Assembly (NCBI GenBank): GCA_043810285.1
Contig: JBDROH010000022.1
Location: 8,484 to 72,483 of the forward strand
DNA: 64,000 nt
Origin: an archaeon
GTDB taxonomy: Archaea > Nanobdellota > Nanobdellia > Pacearchaeales > GW2011-AR1
Direction: 5' to 3'
Part shown: positions 18,406-27,249 of the stretch, one piece after another
Layout: each line of letters starts with the position of its first letter
Numbering within the stretch: the stretch's first letter is position 1
Notes under the pieces: model-generated
Told to the model about the DNA's origin: nothing
Database searches by the model: none
What the model saw: only the letters and a program-made list of their open reading frames with translations
Position numbers and translations under genes: made by a program

Positions 18406-18834
18406 ATGATGACCCCATTACAATCTAGAATTGAACTTTCAGTTACAGGAGGTCTAGGTTATGATAGTAGAACGGATTTTTCTAAATCTTATAGTATCTA
18501 TTCCGATTATTTATCTCCGGAGGAAGTTAAGAATACTAGTGAGGGTTTAAAGGCACATTTAAGGGAATTGGCTAGTCCCGAGTATCGTCTTTATGGCGTA
18601 TGTTCTGGATTTCTTTTTTCTTCTACAGGAATAAGGATGGACATTATGACTTCTAGTAAGTTTAGAGATATGCAAATGAAGTGGAAGAATAGGAAACTAA
18701 TTGACAAAGCATATAATACTTTAGCAAGAGAACAAGGTAGGATAAACACTTTTGTTAGTGGGTTTATGAAAAAGGCATTTAGAGATAACCCCTTAGGTTT
18801 AATTGAATATCTTAATTCTACAAATTCTAGTTAA
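18406..18834 (+). CDS. Hypothetical protein
   Basis: Open ORF with upstream TATA-like box. Confidence 0.5.
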   Translation: MMTPLQSRIELSVTGGLGYDSRTDFSKSYSIYSDYLSPEEVKNTSEGLKAHLRELASPEYRLYGVCSGFLFSSTGIRMDIMTSSKFRDMQMKWKNRKLIDKAYNTLAREQGRINTFVSGFMKKAFRDNPLGLIEYLNSTNSS

Positions 18835-18867
18835 TCTTAAAAACCATTCTCTCGGTTATTGTATATT

Positions 18868-18948
18868 GCCCATATCGCATAACGGTATTGCACAAGACTG
18901 GAACTCTTGACCCTTCGGGGTGCCCAGGTTCGACTCCTGGTGTGGGCG
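18868..18948 (+). tRNA. tRNA-Ser(GGA)
   Basis: CAAGA-CTGGAAC-TCTTG anticodon arm, long variable arm, TTCGACT T-loop, G73. Confidence 0.92.
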
Positions 18949-18964
18949 TAAATTAAAATCAAGT

Positions 18965-19774
18965 CTAAGCAAACCCCTTACTAATTCCCTCTTTCCAAAA
19001 TGAAGGTAATGGATTACTCACAAACCCTCGAAATTTCCCAGAATAAATATGCGTCAACCCTTGGTGTTCTTTAAACCTCTCAAAATCCTTATCTGCAGAC
19101 TCATAAATTTTCTGGACTATCTTTCTCTCAAAATCTTTCTGCAATAATGACGAAGGCTTCAATACCAGAAAATCAGCCTGCCTTAAAATATTTACTTCAA
19201 GATTCGAAGAATTCTGCGATATAAAGATTATACTAATATTTTTATGCCGAGCAACCATTATCAACTGACTCAGCAATTTATTCGCACTACTCATAGAACT
19301 TCTAGAATTAAATAAAACCCCTCCCTCATCAATCAAAACCATAGAATTATTCTTAATCTCTCCAATATCCGAGACTACATTTATCCAAGAAGGTAGCTCT
19401 TCTTTCCGAAACCCTATCGCAAAACATTCTTTCTCATACTTAGAATAAAAATTCTCCAAAAACTTTATCGCAAACGCAGTCTTCCCGGATCCCCTCGCAC
19501 CAAGGATAATCCCCATCTGACTATCTGACTTCGAAACATCATTTACCCATTCGGAATAATCACCTTCTATAACATGAATTATTTTAAATTTCTCATACTT
19601 TGAATTAATAGAATCTCGTTTCTTCTTCACTTTTACCTCCCTATCTTTTTCTGATATTTTTTTATCAAGCAAATACGCTCCCTTAAAGCAATAATACGGA
19701 AGTTTTACTATAAACAATAAACCTTTCCCTAAATATCTTAAAAATTTAGAAACTTTCTTCTTCCTCTTTTTCAT
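18965..19774 (-). CDS. Membrane-anchored P-loop ATPase (Zot/A32-like, FtsK-HerA superfamily)
   Basis: GARGSGKT, VLIDEGG, ARHKNISIIFISQ; N-terminal hydrophobic stretch. Confidence 0.65.
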   Translation of the reverse strand: MKKRKKKVSKFLRYLGKGLLFIVKLPYYCFKGAYLLDKKISEKDREVKVKKKRDSINSKYEKFKIIHVIEGDYSEWVNDVSKSDSQMGIILGARGSGKTAFAIKFLENFYSKYEKECFAIGFRKEELPSWINVVSDIGEIKNNSMVLIDEGGVLFNSRSSMSSANKLLSQLIMVARHKNISIIFISQNSSNLEVNILRQADFLVLKPSSLLQKDFERKIVQKIYESADKDFERFKEHQGLTHIYSGKFRGFVSNPLPSFWKEGISKGFA

Positions 19775-19883
19775 ACTTACTAGATAGATTTCAGAATTAT
19801 AAATTTATGCTTATACTTCTTTAACACAAGCAGTCATCTAAGCGTAAAACCTTAAAAACCTCTCCCTTCTAAAATGTCTATAA

Positions 19884-19964
19884 GCCCATATCGCATAATG
19901 GTATTGCACCGGTCTAGAAAACCGGGTCCGAAAGGGCATCCCCGTTCGATTCGGGGTATGGGCG
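19884..19964 (+). tRNA. tRNA-Ser(AGA), A34 anticodon
   Basis: CCGGT-CTAGAAA-ACCGG arm gives anticodon AGA at 19916-19918; long variable arm, G73. Confidence 0.85.
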
Positions 19965-19987
19965 TTTTAGAATCGAACGTTCGATTT

Positions 19988-20069
19988 GAGCATCTTCGCT
20001 TTGAACAAAAACAAAATTCAAATAAATATTTTTGTGAAATGCAAAGTGCGAACAGGGATATGGGCGTTT
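19988..20069 (+). repeat. Degenerate copy of the tRNA-Ser T-arm/3' end with hairpin insert
   Basis: GAGCATCTTCG...GGGATATGGGCGTTT vs tRNA GGGCATCCCCG...GGGGTATGGGCGTTT. Confidence 0.65.
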
Positions 20070-20102
20070 AAAATGATTTCTTGAGTTAAGGGAAGAATTA
20101 AT

Positions 20103-21479
20103 TTATCTTCTATGCCTTCTATTCCCTGAACCTGATCTGCTTCTTCCCTCTCTACCTCTACTTGAGTTTGGTCTACTTGAACTTTGTCTTCTTGAACCAG
20201 TTCTAAAATTTCCCCTACCGCCATCATCTCGACTCTCACCCCTACGAGCACTTCTTCCATGTCCACCACCTCTTTCACGACCGCCGGTACGACCACTTTG
20301 ATTTCTTGGTGCTGGTTTTGCATCTTTACCTTCGGCACTTTTTGCTTTTACAGAATGATATTTGTGTTCTGCTTGTTGAGTTTTTCTTTTTGTTAATCTT
20401 TCTATTTGATTAAGATAGTTTCTATCTTCTGCTGCACAAAATGAATACGCAGTTCCTTCGCTTCCAGCTCTAGCAGTTCTTCCGATTCGGTGAATATAAT
20501 TTTCTGGTTCGTTTGGTAAATCATAGTTTATGACGTGACTAATGTTTTCAATATCAATTCCTCTAGCTGCAATATCTGTTGCTACTAGAACTCTAACTTT
20601 ACCAAGTTTAAAATTATTCAAAGCCCTTGTTCTCTGATGTTGTGACTTATTACCATGAATAGCGTCTGAAGCTATTCCGCTCATATTTAATACTCTTACA
20701 ACCTTATCGGCTCGGTACTTCATTCCAACGAATACTAATACTCGGTTTATGTTTTGCTGTTTGATTAAATCGATTAATAACTCATTCTTGTTTTCTTGGT
20801 CTACAAAGAACACACATTGTTCAATTTTTTCTACAGGGGTTGACTGAGGTGTGATTTCTATTTTCACCGGGTGTTTTAGAAATTTTCTTGTTAGTTCTTC
20901 TATTTCTCTAGACATTGTTGCTGAGAAAAATAAGGATTGTTTTTCGTTTGGTAATGAAGACGCGATTTTGTTAACATCTTTTGAGAATCCCATATCAAGC
21001 ATTCGGTCTGCTTCGTCTAAAGTAAAAAATTCTACTTTGCCAAGATTTACTTTTCCTTGGTTCATTAAATCTACCAATCTTCCAGGTGTAGCGATGAGAA
21101 TGTCGACTCCGTGTTGAAGCGTTCTTATTTGTGGCCCTATTCCTACACCGCCATATACTGCTAGATGTTTGAACTTAAGGAATTTGCCATAAGTTTCAAA
21201 ACTCTCAGAGATTTGTGCGGCTAGTTCTCTCGTTGGTGCTAAGATAAGTGCCTTGGGTATTGTCGCCTTGTTGAAACCATATTTCTCATACAATTTCTGT
21301 AACATAGGAACAACGAATGCGGCGGTTTTCCCAGTTCCAGTTTGTGCAATTCCAATTACATCCCTTTCATCTAAAAGTAAGGGAATAGTTTTTTCTTGTA
21401 TTGGTGTTGGCTCTACATAGCCTTCTTTCTCGAGTGCTCTCAGGAGCGGTTCTATAATCTTTAATGATTTGAATTCCAT
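20103..21479 (-). CDS. DEAD-box RNA helicase (RhlE-like) with RG-rich tail
   Basis: Q motif, AQTGTGKT, PTRELA, DEAD, SAT, HRIGRTAR; start at MEFKSL. Confidence 0.95.
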   Translation of the reverse strand: MEFKSLKIIEPLLRALEKEGYVEPTPIQEKTIPLLLDERDVIGIAQTGTGKTAAFVVPMLQKLYEKYGFNKATIPKALILAPTRELAAQISESFETYGKFLKFKHLAVYGGVGIGPQIRTLQHGVDILIATPGRLVDLMNQGKVNLGKVEFFTLDEADRMLDMGFSKDVNKIASSLPNEKQSLFFSATMSREIEELTRKFLKHPVKIEITPQSTPVEKIEQCVFFVDQENKNELLIDLIKQQNINRVLVFVGMKYRADKVVRVLNMSGIASDAIHGNKSQHQRTRALNNFKLGKVRVLVATDIAARGIDIENISHVINYDLPNEPENYIHRIGRTARAGSEGTAYSFCAAEDRNYLNQIERLTKRKTQQAEHKYHSVKAKSAEGKDAKPAPRNQSGRTGGRERGGGHGRSARRGESRDDGGRGNFRTGSRRQSSSRPNSSRGREGRSRSGSGNRRHRR

Positions 21480-21599
21480 AATGAATAAACGAAAAATGGC
21501 TATATAAAGGGGGTAGTATAATAAAGACCTATAGAATTCAAGTTCTATTGGTTCCAAAGAACATTCTAACTAATTTCTCTATAACCTTTCTAAATAAAT

Positions 21600-23642
21600 T
21601 TAAACAGTCAAATAGTTTTCTTTCAAGTTAGATATACTAGAATTATCTCCTTCCGAAGAAGACGAAAGAAATGATAAAATCAATTTATACACTTCCGGAT
21701 ATTTATTTGGTAATGGTAGCTCACTATGTAAAAGATTAACACCATCACAGGTTCCATTTATATAGTAATTATTTGCCCAAGAGAGATAGGCACTAGAATT
21801 TTTTGCAATACCATCACCAGTTTCATTTTCCATATTACATCCAATCCCAATTATATTCTCAACAGAAATCTCTGGAATTTTTCCATAGGTTAGCTTATTC
21901 ATAAATAAACTTTTTTTATCCATATCCTCACAATGTTGATCTGAACCTAAAACCGGACAGATAGATAAGACTATACCTTCAATCCCATGGTTAGGAGTTC
22001 CAATCATAATTAATTTTTCAACATCCTCTTCTCCAAATATTTGAAGATATTTTCTGGTTACTAATCCTCCCATACTATGGGTAATTATGATTACCTTCTC
22101 TTTATTGGTTTTTAATTTTACTTCATTTACTATTTCATTTATTCTTAAAGCATAAGTATCTAAATTATCTGACTGTGTTTCAAGAATTACCGTTTCTTCA
22201 GTATTTTTATAGATATCAAAATAATAACTCGCTAAGAATACTACTTGTTTTCTGGTTCGTTTAAAAGTCTCTGCTACGCCCTCACTCTTCAGAAGAAGAG
22301 TTCCGCCATCTAAAAAACCGTCAGAAAATAACTTTTCTTGTATATCTCTTAAATCCTTTAAACTTTTTTCTGCAGAAATTGCACTATTGAATGAATGCCC
22401 ATGTAGTAATATTATAGGATATTTCGTAGCATCATTCGTACACGAATCGTCACAACATTTTTCTTTTATTCCTCCAAAAGAACAAATTAATTCTTCCAAT
22501 GGAATTGACAAATTTATAGAGTAATCTTTTGTAAAATTAAGATACAAATATTCTAGAACTGATGAATCAATCGTTTCAAAGATTAAATTATTTATTTTAG
22601 AACCATTTAAACTTAAATTGATTCCTTTTAATTCGTTTATTAATTCGTTTATTTCTCTATTTTTATTTTCTATATTAATTGTAGAATTTAGAGTACTAAT
22701 AAAGAGATTATGCTTCTGAATAAAACTAGACGTATTTTCAAGGTCTTCTTCACTCATGTTTTCTTGCAAAATCAAGTTCCTTAATGTTTCTTCTTCCCCT
22801 TTAATTAATAAAACGAGATTATTATATTCGTTAACCTCTGATTTTAAGAAGGTATTTTCTTTTTTAAGTGTTTTATTTGAAAAATTAATAGTTTTACTCA
22901 TGACAGATTCATATTCATAATTTTCAAAGTCTTCTAGACATTTTCTTATTTGAAGTTCTATTCCAGAAAAATTATCTTGTTTTAATTCCTCTGTTAAAAT
23001 TTTTTCAGATAAAACTCCGTGCAAATATTCATTTTCTAAAGATAAGAGATTTAACTCAGTGTATCCTTCAATTAATTTCTCTAATTTTTTAACAGCCTTT
23101 TCTCGTAAAATAGATTGGCTTTCGCTAAGATTATAATTTAAAGATATAATAACGCTTTTCTGAATGGATTTTTCCTTTGTTTCACAAAAAATAGATTTAT
23201 TCCCCACACAACTAACCCAGAACCTATATAATTTTTGACCAGCACCTTTATCTGGTGCTTGGAAAAGATATCTCTGCGAATAGGGATTTGATATTAGTGT
23301 ACTAAAACTATTTTTATGAATAAGTTTATCTATTGAAATATCGGTTAAGCTATACTCACAAGTAGACTTACAAAACGGATTTGTTGAAACATATATATCA
23401 ATTTTAATCTCTGACGAATCAGAATTATTCAAAAATAAGTCTTGACTATCTAGAGTTAGTCGTAATAAAGAATCATGTCCCATAAGTAAATATATCATCA
23501 AATACATTTTTGTTCCAAAAAAAAGAATTATAGAAAAAATTGCGAAGAAAGCAAAATAATAAACAAGTTTTCTAGGGAAAAATAAAAATTTATTTTCTAC
23601 TTTTTTTATTCTTTTTTTAGAATGTTTTTTAAACAACCCCAT
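21600..23642 (-). CDS. Membrane-anchored protein with C-terminal lipase-like alpha/beta hydrolase
   Basis: N-terminal TM; LLHGH, THSMGG, GTPNHG, DG..H. Confidence 0.75.
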   Translation of the reverse strand: MGLFKKHSKKRIKKVENKFLFFPRKLVYYFAFFAIFSIILFFGTKMYLMIYLLMGHDSLLRLTLDSQDLFLNNSDSSEIKIDIYVSTNPFCKSTCEYSLTDISIDKLIHKNSFSTLISNPYSQRYLFQAPDKGAGQKLYRFWVSCVGNKSIFCETKEKSIQKSVIISLNYNLSESQSILREKAVKKLEKLIEGYTELNLLSLENEYLHGVLSEKILTEELKQDNFSGIELQIRKCLEDFENYEYESVMSKTINFSNKTLKKENTFLKSEVNEYNNLVLLIKGEEETLRNLILQENMSEEDLENTSSFIQKHNLFISTLNSTINIENKNREINELINELKGINLSLNGSKINNLIFETIDSSVLEYLYLNFTKDYSINLSIPLEELICSFGGIKEKCCDDSCTNDATKYPIILLHGHSFNSAISAEKSLKDLRDIQEKLFSDGFLDGGTLLLKSEGVAETFKRTRKQVVFLASYYFDIYKNTEETVILETQSDNLDTYALRINEIVNEVKLKTNKEKVIIITHSMGGLVTRKYLQIFGEEDVEKLIMIGTPNHGIEGIVLSICPVLGSDQHCEDMDKKSLFMNKLTYGKIPEISVENIIGIGCNMENETGDGIAKNSSAYLSWANNYYINGTCDGVNLLHSELPLPNKYPEVYKLILSFLSSSSEGDNSSISNLKENYLTV

Positions 23643-23736
23643 TTTATTATATTGAATATAGAGTTTATTAACTTAAGGAAATATTTATTCTAAATCTCTG
23701 AACTAATTATTTAAAGTTCATTAATCTTGCACGAGT

Positions 23737-24021
23737 TTATGTAAGGAAATCCTTCTTCCCCCAAAACTCTTCTGCCTCTTTTTCTAATTTTTCCAACCGG
23801 TCATAATAATCTGAAAATTCATTTAAATGTGCTAATGCAATTTTTCCAGTAATAATCGGATCATCATTAGTAACATTTGTTTCAACATCCACTAAACCAT
23901 GCTCTAACTCTACATTCATCCCAATTTTAAATTGGTTAACATCAAATTTATCCCATTGGATACCTAATTGTTCTCCAACTATCTTGGCTTCTTCCTCATT
24001 AAACTCTTTTTTCGATACCAT
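23737..24021 (-). CDS. DUF5661-like protein
   Basis: GMNVELEHG...KIALAHLNE..DYYDRL. Confidence 0.7.
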   Translation of the reverse strand: MVSKKEFNEEEAKIVGEQLGIQWDKFDVNQFKIGMNVELEHGLVDVETNVTNDDPIITGKIALAHLNEFSDYYDRLEKLEKEAEEFWGKKDFLT

Positions 24022-24103
24022 TATATCTTTGACTTACACTGCAAAACAACTAAAAATAAAATAAAAATCTATATTAGGTTAATAATCTTTAATGATTATC
24101 TCC

Positions 24104-24307
24104 TTATTTTCTGTTGTTAAAACAATCTCTACAGAAAACTTCTCTTCCTTCAGTTGGTTTGAATGGTACTTCGCATTCTTTCTTACAGCCAGAGCATGTT
24201 GCCTTGTGCATTTCTCTAGGTCCTCTGTCGAAGTTATTCCTTCCGCCAAAATTGCTTCTTCCGCCTGAACTATTGCTTCTATTGTCGAATCTTTTTCTTT
24301 GTTCCAT
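24104..24307 (-). CDS. CxxC-x17-CxxC zinc-ribbon protein
   Basis: PREMHKATCSGCKKECEVPFKPTEGREVFCRDC. Confidence 0.85.
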   Translation of the reverse strand: MEQRKRFDNRSNSSGGRSNFGGRNNFDRGPREMHKATCSGCKKECEVPFKPTEGREVFCRDCFNNRK

Positions 24308-24564
24308 ATTACTTTTTACTCCTTTCAATCTATATTGCAATATTAAAGAAAGTATACTTGTAGGTATAGTTCTCCATAATATTCATATTCAAAGTTTTTA
24401 TCAGTTTAAAAAGCTATGTTATAGTAATTTTCCTCTAAAAACTCTTAAGTTTTAACACAGAAAATTGTGCAAAATTTTATCCCTAAAGGGGAATAAATAA
24501 ATATTAATTATCAAGGGGTAAACCACAAAAAGCTTATAAATTTAAAATCCATTAAAAAACAACT

Positions 24565-25296
24565 ATGGTCTTAAGTTTGCCAAAATGGGTAACTGAGCAT
24601 TATAAAGAGAATGGTAAACAGATCTCTGAGATTTTTGAGGCTAACGAATGTTTTATGTCTACAGCAAAAATTATGCAAACAAGATTGGCTCATGGTAAGG
24701 AATTTCCAGATTTATGGCATCACTTCTTTGATACTCCGGATTTAGTTATCTATCCTCAAGGAAATAATGATAATGTTTATCTCTTGTTAACTACTAACAA
24801 ACAAGGAAGAATTACTGAAAATGGAGAAAAATTATTAAAATTGATTAGACCTGAGAATTTAGCTTCAAATGGAGGGGCTATCGTTGAAATATTGGATCAC
24901 CTAAAAGGAAACAATTTAATAAAAGTTTCAAGAAAGAAAATTACCACTGAAAAATATTTAACAAAAGACCAAACATTGAAAGAACAAGTATGGAGAATTC
25001 TTGCAAGACATCCCGATGAAGTCCATGCAGAAATTGCTGAAAATGCAGATTTATTGCAAGTATATACTACAATGGTTCAATTAAAAACCCGTGACTCTGA
25101 AAATATGACTATCTGCTTAGACAACCCATTGAAAGATAAGACAACATTTAAGACATTATGTATTGGAGGGATTAGTGGAAGATCTTCAGCTACGGGATGG
25201 TATAATCTCAACGATTATAATGGAAGATTTATAGGACTAACGTCAGATATAAATCCTGAAAGTTCAAGATTAGAAAAATCAGTTATAAATTCTTAA
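24565..25296 (+). CDS. Hypothetical protein
   Basis: 243-aa ORF with TATA box upstream. Confidence 0.7.
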   Translation: MVLSLPKWVTEHYKENGKQISEIFEANECFMSTAKIMQTRLAHGKEFPDLWHHFFDTPDLVIYPQGNNDNVYLLLTTNKQGRITENGEKLLKLIRPENLASNGGAIVEILDHLKGNNLIKVSRKKITTEKYLTKDQTLKEQVWRILARHPDEVHAEIAENADLLQVYTTMVQLKTRDSENMTICLDNPLKDKTTFKTLCIGGISGRSSATGWYNLNDYNGRFIGLTSDINPESSRLEKSVINS

Positions 25297-25301
25297 AAAA
25301 T

Positions 25302-26213
25302 TTAATACAAAGAACTTATTCCTGCAATGTCTCCTGATTCAAGAATTCTCTTTTTAGTTTCACCATAACTTGCATAGCCATACATTGTTTGTTCTGAGCA
25401 TCCACTTGTATACAAATCTCCCATGCCTACTGCATGTCCAAGTTCATGTGTTACTATATTTTCAAAATCCATTTTGTTAGTACAATCCGTTGTACAATCT
25501 TCAGACCAATCAAAATCAACATCATCAAAAATCATATCCCATTCCACTAGCACTCTCTTATTAGGTCGTCCTCCGAAAATACCCCATATAATTGTAATTC
25601 CAATTGCTCCTTGTGAATCAATATTTGCAAACATTACTTCATTTTTACCATTTAAATCTCCAATAGTCTCTCTATTAACTGAACTAGAGGTATCTTCCTC
25701 TCCAAGGATATTAGCTCCGCCTGAAGCATCTTCCCATTTATTAATATCAAATGCTAAATTACTTCTTATAGATGTGTTACTCAATCCTCTTATATTCTCA
25801 GTATCAACTAAGTATGGTTCAACACTTTTCCATTTTGCTCCGCTTGCTAAAAATGTATAACAAGAACTTGTATCTGGTTCTGGGTCAGGTTCTGGGTCAG
25901 GTTCTGGGTCAGGAACTTCTCCACAATCTTGTGGGCAACCTCCATCAGCTTCAAACACTAGGTGACACTTTCCATCTCCACAAACAGCTTTTGCAACCTT
26001 TTTCTTATCTTCAATCATAAAAGCATAACCTTCCACAACTTTTCCTTTATCAAATGCTTTCCCCAAATAGAAAACTCCTGGAGCAATCTTTACTGCATTG
26101 TCTGGAAGTGTGAATTCCTTATCTTGTTTTTGAGACTCTTTCCCAGCAACAACCATCCCAACTATCATTAACATAAATCCTAGAATAAAACCAACTGCTA
26201 TTATTTTTTTCAT
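25302..26213 (-). CDS. Secreted matrixin/M10-like zinc metalloprotease
   Basis: Signal peptide; HELGHAVGMGD, TMY Met-turn; 12-bp (DPEP) tandem repeat ~25872-25912. Confidence 0.85.
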   Translation of the reverse strand: MKKIIAVGFILGFMLMIVGMVVAGKESQKQDKEFTLPDNAVKIAPGVFYLGKAFDKGKVVEGYAFMIEDKKKVAKAVCGDGKCHLVFEADGGCPQDCGEVPDPEPDPEPDPEPDTSSCYTFLASGAKWKSVEPYLVDTENIRGLSNTSIRSNLAFDINKWEDASGGANILGEEDTSSSVNRETIGDLNGKNEVMFANIDSQGAIGITIIWGIFGGRPNKRVLVEWDMIFDDVDFDWSEDCTTDCTNKMDFENIVTHELGHAVGMGDLYTSGCSEQTMYGYASYGETKKRILESGDIAGISSLY

Positions 26214-26370
26214 ATTTTTTCACCTATTGAGATATTAGGGCATAGAAGTATAAAAATGTTGTGTTATTAAAAAAATAATTTTGTTTTAGTAGCTATTGAA
26301 ATGATATTTACTATATCTATACTACAGAAGATATCATCAATAAATTTGAAACCTCGAATACAAACTGTAT

Positions 26371-27201
26371 TTATTTAAAATATAAACTCGCCCCTAAAAC
26401 TCCTGGATGTTTCAGCTTGCTCCATAAGATTGGAGTCTTTTTCGGAAACCGAACATATCTATCTAAATGTTTTCTTATCATTCTCAAAAACTTATCGCCA
26501 CACTCACTAACCCCTCCGGCTAAAATAACTACCTCCGGGTCAAAACAATGAATAAGCGACGCAATTCCCTGCCCATAATATTTTGTAAACTCTTCCAATA
26601 TTTTATCTGCTTTCACATTTTTCATTTTCATTAATTCATTAAAAAGTTTTGATTCTCCAAATAAATTAGTAGTTATACTCATTAATCTCTTCGACGCAGC
26701 CAAACTCTCAAAATCCTTACCACCATCTAAAATAATATGTCCAAGTTCTCCCCCATACCCTTCCCCTCTGTAAGGTTTGCCCTCGATAACCACACCACCA
26801 CCTATTCCCGTTCCAAGAGTTAAAATAATAAAATTCTTTTTTCTACAACCCAGTTTTAATTCAGCAAAAGCAACGCAATCAGCATCATTTTTAATAACAA
26901 CTGGAACCTTAAATTTGTCTTGCAAATCTTTCTTTAAATTATAATTTTTTATAGGCAAGTTTGGAGTAACCTTTATCACACCATCTTTTAACAATCCAGG
27001 AACCGCAACAGCTATACCTTTCACCTCGTCAGACATATAACTTCCCACAAGTTCAAAAATTTTTTCCTTAATCTCCACGAAAGTTTTAGGTGTTCTTTCC
27101 TTCAAATACTTCAATATTTTCCTATTTTTAATAAGAGCAACTCGAACATTCGTCCCACCCAAATCAATCGCTATAATCTTATCACCTCTAGAAACTTTCA
27201 T
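26371..27201 (-). CDS. ROK-family sugar kinase (glucokinase)
   Basis: IDLGGT, NDAD, LTLGTGIGGG, GELGH. Confidence 0.9.
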   Translation of the reverse strand: MKVSRGDKIIAIDLGGTNVRVALIKNRKILKYLKERTPKTFVEIKEKIFELVGSYMSDEVKGIAVAVPGLLKDGVIKVTPNLPIKNYNLKKDLQDKFKVPVVIKNDADCVAFAELKLGCRKKNFIILTLGTGIGGGVVIEGKPYRGEGYGGELGHIILDGGKDFESLAASKRLMSITTNLFGESKLFNELMKMKNVKADKILEEFTKYYGQGIASLIHCFDPEVVILAGGVSECGDKFLRMIRKHLDRYVRFPKKTPILWSKLKHPGVLGASLYFK

Positions 27202-27249
27202 AAAAACAAAAGACTTCCAATGTTTAAAAATCTGTTCATATATCAACCC

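Noticed and set aside
19911..19925. Reading this tRNA as Leu(TAG) or as an amber suppressor (CTA)
   Set aside because: The stem register fixes the loop as C32-U33-AGA-A37-A38, and G73 plus similarity to the neighbouring tRNA-Ser support Ser.
19874..20071. 65-aa ORF
   Set aside because: It overlaps tRNA-Ser(AGA) and its downstream repeat.
25872..25912. 12-bp tandem repeat
   Set aside because: It encodes an ordinary DPEP linker in the secreted protease.
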